A stretch of DNA of 64,000 nucleotides from Verrucomicrobiota bacterium (GTDB taxonomy: Bacteria > Verrucomicrobiota > Verrucomicrobiia > Limisphaerales > UBA11358): positions 11,820-75,819 of the forward strand of contig JAGWNY010000007.1 of the NCBI GenBank assembly GCA_028872915.1, given 5' to 3'. The notes beneath the pieces were generated by a model. It saw only the letters and a list, made by a program, of their open reading frames with translations, was not told the DNA's origin and ran no database searches. Shown one piece after another: positions 38,633-46,431 of this stretch; position 1 is the stretch's first letter; each line of letters starts with the position of its first letter. Made by a program: the position numbers and the translations under genes.

Positions 38633-40417
38633 ATGATGCGACTGAAACAGATTGCCGTGCTTGCCGCGGCGATTTGCGCCCTGGCCGGTTGCGGAAAAAA
38701 ATCCGCGGCGGGAAAATCCGCGGCGAGCCATCCGTTGCCGGAGCCGCCGGTGGTGGTCCAATGCACTCCGGGCATTCCGGGCGGGCGGCTGATTATTGCC
38801 GAGCTGGGTGATCCGAAGACGTTTAACCCTATCGAGGCGGATGAATGGTCTTCTCTTGAAATTGTGCGTTTTTTGTTCTGGAACCTGCTTAATTTCGACG
38901 TGCCCAGTCAAAAAATCGAACCGGGCCTGGCGGATTGGTGGACGAATTCACCCGATGGCAAAACATGGGAGTTTCGGTTGCGGAAAAACCTGCGCTGGAG
39001 CGATGGCGCGCCTCTGGCGGCTGACGACGTGGTCTTTACATGGAACGATGTCATTTACAATCCGAAAATTCCGAATCCCTGGCGCGACGCTTTCATCATC
39101 AAAGGGAAGAAATTCAAGGTAACCAAGGTGGATGATCTGACGATCAAGGTGGTCACGCCGGAAGTTTATGCGCCGTTCCTCGTTCAATTTGGGGCCATCC
39201 CCATCATTCCCGAACATATCCTGTCCAAATCGGTCGCGAATGACACATTCGCTTCAGCTTATGGCATTAATTCCAATCCGGAGCAAGTGGTGGGCAGCGG
39301 TCCCTTCGTGCTCGAAGAGTACAAGCCGGGGCAATACACCCTGGTTGCGCGAAATCCGTATTTCCTGGAAGTGGACAGGGAGGGCCAGCGACTTCCTTAT
39401 TTTAATGATGTGATTTTTGAGGTGGTACCCCAGATGGATGCCTTGTCGCTGCGTTTTTTAAGCGGCGGAAGCGACCTGGACGACATCATCTACCCTTACG
39501 AATACGACAAATTCAAATCGGAATCCGCCGGGGGCAAATTCACCGTTTTCGATCCGGGCATCGGATTGGAAAACAGTTATTTCTGGTTCAATGAAAACAC
39601 GAACTCGAACCCCAAAACAGGAGAGCCTTATGTGGATCCCGTCAAATTGAAATGGTTTCGCAATGTGAAATTTCGGCAGGCCTGCTCGTATGCGATTGAC
39701 CGGCAGGCCATCATCCGGGCGGTCTTTTCCGGGCGTGCGATTCCCGAATACGGGTTTGAAACGCCGGGCAACAAAAAATGGTTCAATCCAAATATCAACA
39801 CATATCCTTATGATCCGGCAAAAGCGCTGGCGCTGTTGAAGGAAATCGGCATTGAAAAGCGCAACGGGCAGGATTTTTTGACCGATGCTTCGGGCCACCG
39901 CGTTGAGTTCGTCCTTTATACCAATACCGAAAATCCCGCGCGCGAAAAGATCGCGGTGCTGATCCAGGGGGATTTCCAGAAGCTGGGAATGAAAGTCATC
40001 TTCCAGCCGGTTGAATTCAACACGCTCATCACAAAGATCAACGCAACCTACAATTATGACTGCATCCTGATGGGGATGGCGCCCGGCGGACTGGCGGACC
40101 CGAGCGTCAGCATGAGCGTCCTTCAATCGAGTGGATATGATCACGATTGGTTTCCCCGCCAGCAGGAGCCGTCCACTCCATGGGAAGCGCGGATTGACAA
40201 GCTGATGAACGATCAGATGACGACGCTGGATTTTGCCCGGCGCAAAAAAGATTACGACGACGTTCAACAAATCCTTTCGGAAAAGGAGCCGATGATTTTT
40301 ACCGTGACGCCCACCTATTATGCCGCCGCCCGGTCGAATATTGGGAATGTGCGTCCCACGGCGCTGACGCCCGACCAGGTCTCCTGGAACGCCGAGGAAT
40401 TGTATTTCAAAAAGTGA
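38633..40417 (+). CDS. ABC transporter substrate-binding lipoprotein, family 5 (peptide/nickel type)
   Basis: MMRLKQIAVLAAAICALAGCGKK (lipobox LAGC), then an SBP_bac_5-like body (WSDGAPLAADDVVFTW, LVARNPYF). ATG at 38633. The track start at 38594 precedes the signal peptide. Confidence 0.85.
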   Translation: MMRLKQIAVLAAAICALAGCGKKSAAGKSAASHPLPEPPVVVQCTPGIPGGRLIIAELGDPKTFNPIEADEWSSLEIVRFLFWNLLNFDVPSQKIEPGLADWWTNSPDGKTWEFRLRKNLRWSDGAPLAADDVVFTWNDVIYNPKIPNPWRDAFIIKGKKFKVTKVDDLTIKVVTPEVYAPFLVQFGAIPIIPEHILSKSVANDTFASAYGINSNPEQVVGSGPFVLEEYKPGQYTLVARNPYFLEVDREGQRLPYFNDVIFEVVPQMDALSLRFLSGGSDLDDIIYPYEYDKFKSESAGGKFTVFDPGIGLENSYFWFNENTNSNPKTGEPYVDPVKLKWFRNVKFRQACSYAIDRQAIIRAVFSGRAIPEYGFETPGNKKWFNPNINTYPYDPAKALALLKEIGIEKRNGQDFLTDASGHRVEFVLYTNTENPAREKIAVLIQGDFQKLGMKVIFQPVEFNTLITKINATYNYDCILMGMAPGGLADPSVSMSVLQSSGYDHDWFPRQQEPSTPWEARIDKLMNDQMTTLDFARRKKDYDDVQQILSEKEPMIFTVTPTYYAAARSNIGNVRPTALTPDQVSWNAEELYFKK

Positions 40418-40458
40418 CGTTGCCGTTTCGCCGGACCAATCAACTCTTGATCAAAACC

Positions 40459-41226
40459 ATGATGCTTGCAGGAAAAACAGGAATCGTATTCGGGGTGGCC
40501 AACAAACGTTCCATTGCCTGGGCCATTGCCCAGGCCTGGGCGCGCGAAGGCGCCAGGCTGGCCTTCACTTACCAGGGCGAACGGCTCAAGGATAACGTGG
40601 CCGAATTGGCCGGAACGTTCGGTTCGGACACGCCCATCCTGCCCTGCGACGTCACGCGCGATGAGGACATTGCGGCCGTTTTCCAGGCCGTGGGCGAAAA
40701 ATTCGGCAAATTGAACCTGCTTTTGCATTCCGTCGCGTTTGCGCCGCGGGAGGCGCTGGAAGGCGAATTTGTGGCCACCAGCCGCGAGGCCTTCCGCGTT
40801 GCGCATGACGTCAGCGCCTATTCCCTGGTGGCGCTGGCGCGCGCCGCCGCGCCCTTGATGACCGATGGAGGAAGCATCGTGGCCATGAGTTACTACGGGG
40901 CTGAAAAGGTGGTGCCGCGTTACAACGTCATGGGCGTGGCCAAGGCCGCGCTCGAAGCCTCGGCGCGCTATCTGGCTTACGATCTGGGACCAAAAAAAAT
41001 CCGCGTCAATTGCATCAGCGCCGGGCCGGTCAATACGCTGGCGGCGCGGGGCATCGCCGGATTCACGGAGATGCTCAAGCATTACGAAGCGCATGCGCCG
41101 TTAAGGCGAAACGTCCTGCCCGATGAACTGGGCGCGACTGGAGTTTTTCTGGCCGGCGACGGCGCGGCGGCGATTACCGGCCAGACGCTTTACGTGGATT
41201 GTGGATACCAGATCATGGGGATGTAA
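40459..41226 (+). CDS. fabI: Enoyl-[acyl-carrier-protein] reductase (NADH) FabI
   Basis: MMLAGKTGIVFGVANKRSIAWAIA, HSVAFAP, YYGAEKVVPRYNVMGVAKAALE and SAGPVNTLAA. Confidence 0.93.
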   Translation: MMLAGKTGIVFGVANKRSIAWAIAQAWAREGARLAFTYQGERLKDNVAELAGTFGSDTPILPCDVTRDEDIAAVFQAVGEKFGKLNLLLHSVAFAPREALEGEFVATSREAFRVAHDVSAYSLVALARAAAPLMTDGGSIVAMSYYGAEKVVPRYNVMGVAKAALEASARYLAYDLGPKKIRVNCISAGPVNTLAARGIAGFTEMLKHYEAHAPLRRNVLPDELGATGVFLAGDGAAAITGQTLYVDCGYQIMGM

Positions 41227-41494
41227 GACGGATTTTGCCGTTGTTTCAGATTTGCCCTTTTCCGCGTTTGCGGAAAAAGTGGCCGGAAGCGTCCCACGGC
41301 ATTGGCGGCTGCCGCGTTGCGTTCCGTGGGCATCCCCGTCCGGTTAAAGTCAGATGGCCAAGCGGAATTTTTCGACGGCGGGAAGTGGCGGATGGCCAAT
41401 GAGCGATAAGCGGCATCTGGCGCGCACCAAGGCCATCATGAATTTCGTTTCTAAAGAACAACGGAACCGCACTGGACCAAATCATTCGTGAAAT

Positions 41495-41518
41495 CCGCCG
41501 GCGCAATCCTGCCGGCGG
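41495..41518 (-). terminator. GC-rich hairpin just past the stop of the ABC ATPase gene (possible terminator in a convergent gap)
   Basis: CCGCCGGC (41495-41502) and GCCGGCGG (41511-41518) are perfect reverse complements around an 8-nt loop. The hairpin lies 5 nt from the stop at 41523. The downstream U-tract is weak (only ATTT on the minus strand). Confidence 0.35.
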
Positions 41519-41522
41519 CGGC

Positions 41523-42503
41523 TCACTTGCGGGCAAAAATCTGGCGGATAACGTCTTCGATGGGCACGTCGTGGATGTCAATGTCGCTCACGGGCAGGGT
41601 GTCGAGGAGGGATTTGCAGACGGGAATGACGCGGTCGCGTTTGACGCGGAAGGTGATGGCGCCGCCGGTTTTTTCGGCGATTTCGCCGTATTGGGCCAGT
41701 TGGTCCGGCGAAAATTCATTGGCGTGGTCCGAGCGGATGGTCACGAGCTTGGCATCGGCAAAGCGGTCCAGGATTTGGGCGAGGCGCCCATCAAAGAAAA
41801 TTTTTCCGCGGTCAATGATAATGACCCGGTCGCAAAGGGCCTGGATGTCGGCCATATAATGGCTGGTCAGAAGGATGGTGGTTTTTTCGGTCGCATTGTG
41901 ATGGCGGATGAATTCCCGGACGGTCTTTTGCGAAATGACATCCAGGCCGATGGTCGGTTCGTCCAGGAACAGGACCTTGGGCTGGTGCAGTAGCGAGGCG
42001 ATCAATTCCATCTTCATCCGCTCGCCAAGGGACAGTTCGCGGACGCTGACGTTGAGTTTGTCCTTGACGGCGAGCAGGTCGGTCAGTTCGGCGACGACGC
42101 GCTGGAACCGCTCCCGCGGAATGCCGTAAATTCTTGCGTTGAGTTCGAGCGACTCGCGCGCGGGCAGGTCCCACCACAATTGATTTTTCTGGCCGAGCAC
42201 AAGGGCGAACTGGCGGCGATAGCCGTCATGCCGCTCCCAGGGAGTGAAACCGAGCACGCGCGCCGTTCCGCCGCTGGGATAAAGGAGGCCGGAGAGCATC
42301 TTGAGGGTGGTGGTTTTGCCGGCGCCATTGGGGCCGAGAAATCCGACCAGTTCGCCCGGCTCGATCTGAAAGCTCACGCCGTTGACGGCCAGGGTTTGCT
42401 CGTATTGGCGGCGGAACAGGCCTTTGACCGCTCCCCAAAATCCCGGCTCCTTTTTATACGTGCGAAAGGCCTTGGCGAGATCGTTGACTTCAATGACTGG
42501 CAT
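41523..42503 (-). CDS. ABC transporter ATP-binding protein (ABC-2/DrrA-like, with a C-terminal accessory domain)
   Basis: Walker A GPNGAGKTT, signature LSLGERMK and Walker B LFLDEPTIGLD. No permease gene is adjacent. Confidence 0.88.
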   Translation of the reverse strand: MPVIEVNDLAKAFRTYKKEPGFWGAVKGLFRRQYEQTLAVNGVSFQIEPGELVGFLGPNGAGKTTTLKMLSGLLYPSGGTARVLGFTPWERHDGYRRQFALVLGQKNQLWWDLPARESLELNARIYGIPRERFQRVVAELTDLLAVKDKLNVSVRELSLGERMKMELIASLLHQPKVLFLDEPTIGLDVISQKTVREFIRHHNATEKTTILLTSHYMADIQALCDRVIIIDRGKIFFDGRLAQILDRFADAKLVTIRSDHANEFSPDQLAQYGEIAEKTGGAITFRVKRDRVIPVCKSLLDTLPVSDIDIHDVPIEDVIRQIFARK

Positions 42504-42532
42504 CGAAACAGAATCAGGAGGATTGGGCCGGT

Positions 42533-43825
42533 TTAATTTTTTTGAAGGCTGCGATAGATGAGGATGGCCTTGAGCAAATCGCGGGCGCGCTGGAGTTGGA
42601 TGTCGTTGATTTTCGCGACGCGGGCGCGCTCGGACGGGCTGAGGGCCTGCAGGCCGCCGGGTTCTCGCTGAAGCAGGAGGGCCCCCTCTTGTTGATCGGT
42701 CACGGGCACCACAATGTCCGGCTCAATGCCGCGCTCCTCGATCACGCGGTGGCTGGGAGTGTAGTATTTGGCTGTGGTCAGCTTGAGAGCCGAGCCGTCG
42801 CGAAGCGGGAAAAGGCTTTGGACAAGGCCCTTGCCAAAGGTTCTCTGGCCCACAATGACGGCACGATGAAGGTCGTGCAGGCAGCCAGTCACTATTTCCG
42901 AAGCGCTCGCGCTGCCCAGATTGACGAGCACCACAATGGGTTCGCCATGCAATTCGTCCCCGTCGCCGGCGGCGCGCCGGATGGAATCCTGGGAGGGATC
43001 GCGGCCTTCGGTGGTAACGATGAGCTGGCCGCGGGGCAGAAATTTCTGGCAGACGCTGACGGCCTCATCGAGCAGGCCGCCGGGATTCCACCGCAAATCC
43101 AGGATCAACGCTTTCATGCCCTGCGCCTTCAACTTGTCGAGCGCTTCCTGGAGTTCCCGCCCCGTCTTGTCGCCAAATTCGTTGATGCGAATATAACCGA
43201 TTTTATCGGGACCGAGCGGAAAGTCACTGCCGCCGGCGATGTCCTTGACCATTTCCATGTGAATGATGGCGCGTTTGAGAACAATGGTTTTTTCGGTCCC
43301 GGTTTCAGGCCGCTGGATGGTGACGGCGACGTCCGTTCCGGGTACGCCGCGCAACTGGTCCACCACGTCGCCCAGCGGCAAACGCCCAATGTTTCTGCCA
43401 TTGACCTTTACGATGCGGTCCCCGGTCAAAATGCCGGCGCGGAATCCGGGGGAATCGTCCATCGGGGCGACTACCGTCACGTAACCCTCTTTCATGGACA
43501 CGACGAGGCCCAGACCGCCGAAGCGGCCTTCGGTGTCCGATTCAAAACGCTGGTAATCCCGGGGAGTCAGAAATTCGCTGTGGGGATCGAGTTGCGCCAC
43601 CATGCCCTTGATGGCCGAATAAACGAGTTCGTGATAGGTCAGATTGGTGGAGTCGGCGTATTCGGTCCGGATTTTTTGCATGACGTTGACCAGGAGATCG
43701 AGGTTTGCCCTTTCCGAATCGGCGGCGTCTTCGGCGTGTGGCGAGAGAAAAAATATGCCCGCGCCGATGGCAAGATTCAACGCGAGCAGCACAATCACCG
43801 AACCGAAGACCAAACGTCGTTTCAT
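42533..43825 (-). CDS. Carboxy-terminal processing peptidase (S41 family, PDZ domain)
   Basis: N-terminal TM anchor. PDZ region FGGLGLVV...GILTGDRIVKVNG. S41 core ALILDLRWNPGGLL, VLVNLGSASASE and TFGKGLVQ. Confidence 0.9.
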   Translation of the reverse strand: MKRRLVFGSVIVLLALNLAIGAGIFFLSPHAEDAADSERANLDLLVNVMQKIRTEYADSTNLTYHELVYSAIKGMVAQLDPHSEFLTPRDYQRFESDTEGRFGGLGLVVSMKEGYVTVVAPMDDSPGFRAGILTGDRIVKVNGRNIGRLPLGDVVDQLRGVPGTDVAVTIQRPETGTEKTIVLKRAIIHMEMVKDIAGGSDFPLGPDKIGYIRINEFGDKTGRELQEALDKLKAQGMKALILDLRWNPGGLLDEAVSVCQKFLPRGQLIVTTEGRDPSQDSIRRAAGDGDELHGEPIVVLVNLGSASASEIVTGCLHDLHRAVIVGQRTFGKGLVQSLFPLRDGSALKLTTAKYYTPSHRVIEERGIEPDIVVPVTDQQEGALLLQREPGGLQALSPSERARVAKINDIQLQRARDLLKAILIYRSLQKN

Positions 43826-44048
43826 TTCGATGCCGTTTTATCACAAAAGCGCGGGGAGCCGAAGATGAATTTTTGACGAGGCGAACGCTGGGATGTTTCC
43901 AGCCCGCCGGTTCTTCGGAAATCCCGCCCGCCGCAGAGCATGTCCGGCCCCGCAACCCGCTCCAATCGCTGCCTTATGGGGCTTGATTCGAAATTGAACC
44001 TTAACATTGAAGTTGAACGCATCAGGGCCACCCGGGTATCCTCGTACC

Positions 44049-45158
44049 GTGATACGACGATTTTACGTTCATAACTTTCGATGCCTGGAAAATTTCGAGC
44101 TGCCGGTCGCCGATCGGCCGTCCGTCCTGTTGATCGGAAAAAATGGCGCGGGCAAGACAACCATTGGATTTGCGCTCGAAATTCTCCAGCGAATCGCTCG
44201 TGGAACCAATCGAGTGAATGACGTTGTGACCCCCAAGGATTTCGCTTGGGGGCGCACTGAGGCACCCATGAGATTTGAAATTGAAATCAAATTGGATGCC
44301 GTCATTTACAAATATTTCATCGCCTTCGAATTTCCGCCGGGATTCAAGGAACTGCGAGTGCGGGAAGAAGGTCTGGCTGTGGACGGCAAGCCGGTCTTCA
44401 CGCGAGAGTTCGCGCAAGTGCATCTCGCAAAGGCGGGGACGGAGAAGGAGGCAAAATTCCTGATTGATTGGCATCTGGCCGCTTTGCCAATCGTTCAGGA
44501 GCAGACGGAGAAAGACCCCTTGTTCATTTTCAAGAAGTGGCTGGCGCGTCTGGTCATTCTTCGTCCGATACCAGGTTTGATTAAAGGAACGTCCGAACAG
44601 GAAACATTGCAGCCAAACATTCAGGGCACGGATTTCGGCGCGTGGTTTTCCGGATTGGTTAAATCCGCACCCGCGGCGTACGGAGAAATCGACCGTTATC
44701 TCAAGCAGGTCATGCCGGATCTCAAAGACATCAAAAATCCCGTGATTGGGAAAGACGCCCGCAGCCTGGAGGTGCAGTTCTCGAATGATCTCGGCAACAT
44801 TACGGTTCCGTTCGCCGACCTTTCGGACGGTGAAAAGTGTTTTATGATCTGTGCGATGGTGTTGGCGGCGGATGCCGCTTATGGACCGCTGGTGTGCTTT
44901 TGGGACGAACCGGACAATTACCTGGCATTGTCGGAGGTCGGCCATTTCGTCATGGCTTTGCGCAAAGCATTTCAAAACCGGGGCCAGTTTATCGCCACGT
45001 CGCACAATCCCGAAGCGATCCGGCGTTTTTCCGAAGAAAACACCCTGGCGCTTTTCAGGAAAAGTCACCTGGAACCGACAAATGTCCGGCCCTTAAGCGA
45101 GATCAAAGTGAACGGCGATCTTGTGAGTGCGTTAATTCGCGGGGACGTCGAATCATGA
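44049..45158 (+). CDS. ABC/SMC-like ATPase of the AAA_15/AAA_21 type (OLD/AriA/PtuA-like ATPase, no fused nuclease)
   Basis: N-terminus (V)IRRFYVHNFRCLENFEL, Walker A GKNGAGKTT, signature-like LSDGEK, Walker B VCFWDEPDNYL and H-loop ATSHNPE. No ATG is available. GTG at 44049 gives the family-typical N-terminus; in-frame TTG alternatives are at 44007 and 44013. Confidence 0.8.
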   Translation: MIRRFYVHNFRCLENFELPVADRPSVLLIGKNGAGKTTIGFALEILQRIARGTNRVNDVVTPKDFAWGRTEAPMRFEIEIKLDAVIYKYFIAFEFPPGFKELRVREEGLAVDGKPVFTREFAQVHLAKAGTEKEAKFLIDWHLAALPIVQEQTEKDPLFIFKKWLARLVILRPIPGLIKGTSEQETLQPNIQGTDFGAWFSGLVKSAPAAYGEIDRYLKQVMPDLKDIKNPVIGKDARSLEVQFSNDLGNITVPFADLSDGEKCFMICAMVLAADAAYGPLVCFWDEPDNYLALSEVGHFVMALRKAFQNRGQFIATSHNPEAIRRFSEENTLALFRKSHLEPTNVRPLSEIKVNGDLVSALIRGDVES

Positions 45159-45631
45159 ATAAAATGGTTCCGCATGTCCTCGTGCTGCCGGAGGATGATG
45201 CAAATCGCCAATTAGCCAACGGTTTCCAACTTGATTATTCGCTGGACACACGGCGGATTCAAATTCTTGAGGCGGCTGGAGGGTGGCGCCAAGTTTTAGA
45301 ACGATTGAAAGAAGTTCACGTTGCGGAAATGGAACGCAATCCAAATCGTTTCATGGTTCTGCTGGTTGATTTTGACAGGCAGAAGAATCGCTTTCGCGAA
45401 ATTGCGGCTGAAATTCCGACCCATTTGAGCGAAAGAGTTTTTGTGCTGGGAACCTGGAGCCAGCCGGAGGAACTGCGGCAAGCCCTTGGTTCATACGAAA
45501 AAATCGGATTAGCGATGGCTAAAGATTGCCGGGAAAACACGGATGCGATATGGAAGCACACTCTTCTCACACACAACGCCGAAGAACTGGATCGTTTAAG
45601 GCAGCGAATCCGTCCAATTTTATTCCCCTGA
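45155..45631 (+). CDS. 158-aa protein of unknown function with a Toprim-like acidic motif pattern, translationally coupled to the upstream ATPase
   Basis: The ATG at 45155 overlaps the ATPase TGA (ATGA). A beta-strand-like HVLVLPEDD (E13) and a later hydrophobic strand ending in MVLLVDFDR (D72-x-D74) mimic the Toprim E...DxD arrangement. I recognise no other family. Confidence 0.6.
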   Translation: MNKMVPHVLVLPEDDANRQLANGFQLDYSLDTRRIQILEAAGGWRQVLERLKEVHVAEMERNPNRFMVLLVDFDRQKNRFREIAAEIPTHLSERVFVLGTWSQPEELRQALGSYEKIGLAMAKDCRENTDAIWKHTLLTHNAEELDRLRQRIRPILFP

Positions 45632-45643
45632 TTAAAGGGAGAG

Positions 45644-46330
45644 TCAGAATCGGCGCTTGAGCAGCGATTCGATCCACGGAACATCGCCGGGCACGGTGAC
45701 CTTGGGGTTGGGCGCGTTGGCGGCAACCAGGCGGACGGGCTGGCCGATCAATTCGCACGCGGCTGTGTCGTCCGTGAGGACAAGATTTTTGGCCCGGGCG
45801 GCGGCGACCGCGCGCCGGATGACCTCCACGCGGAACGTCTGGGGGGTTTGCACCGACCAGATGCGCGAGCGGTCGAGCGTGCGCAGAACGACGCGGCCAT
45901 CCGCCGTTTCCTTGATGGTATCCGTCACGGGCTGCGCGGCCACGGCGGCTCCGGTTTCGCGCGCCGCGGCAATGGTGGCGGCAATCAGCGCTTCGGCAAC
46001 GCAGGGACGGGCCGCGTCGTGAATGGCCACGATTTCGGCTTTGGGGGAAAGAGCCGCCAGCCCGTTCCAGACAGAGTCCTGCCGCGCCACGCCGCCGGCG
46101 ACAATGTGAAAGGGTTTTTGAAAGCCAAATCGCGCGGCGAGATTCGAAAATTCGGGCTGCCGCCCTTCGGCGACGACAAGAATTATTTCGCGGATGCAGT
46201 CCGCCTGTTCAAAGCGATGCCAGGCATGGGCGATAACGGGGCGGCCGGCGACGTGCAGGAAGAGCTTGTCCACGCCCGGCCCCATGCGAAGGCCCTTGCC
46301 CGCGGCAACAATGACGGCGGAATTGAACAT
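45644..46330 (-). CDS. ispD: 2-C-methyl-D-erythritol 4-phosphate cytidylyltransferase
   Basis: AVIVAAGKGLRMG...DKLFL, VAIHDAARP and RIWSVQTPQTF. Confidence 0.92.
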   Translation of the reverse strand: MFNSAVIVAAGKGLRMGPGVDKLFLHVAGRPVIAHAWHRFEQADCIREIILVVAEGRQPEFSNLAARFGFQKPFHIVAGGVARQDSVWNGLAALSPKAEIVAIHDAARPCVAEALIAATIAAARETGAAVAAQPVTDTIKETADGRVVLRTLDRSRIWSVQTPQTFRVEVIRRAVAAARAKNLVLTDDTAACELIGQPVRLVAANAPNPKVTVPGDVPWIESLLKRRF

Positions 46331-46431
46331 GCGGCATTGTCAGCGGCCCGGCGGGCGGCGTCAATGCGCGTCGGCGCGGCCGCGCAAGGATACGGCTTGG
46401 TCTGACCGGCCAGGCCGGTTAAATTGCGCGT

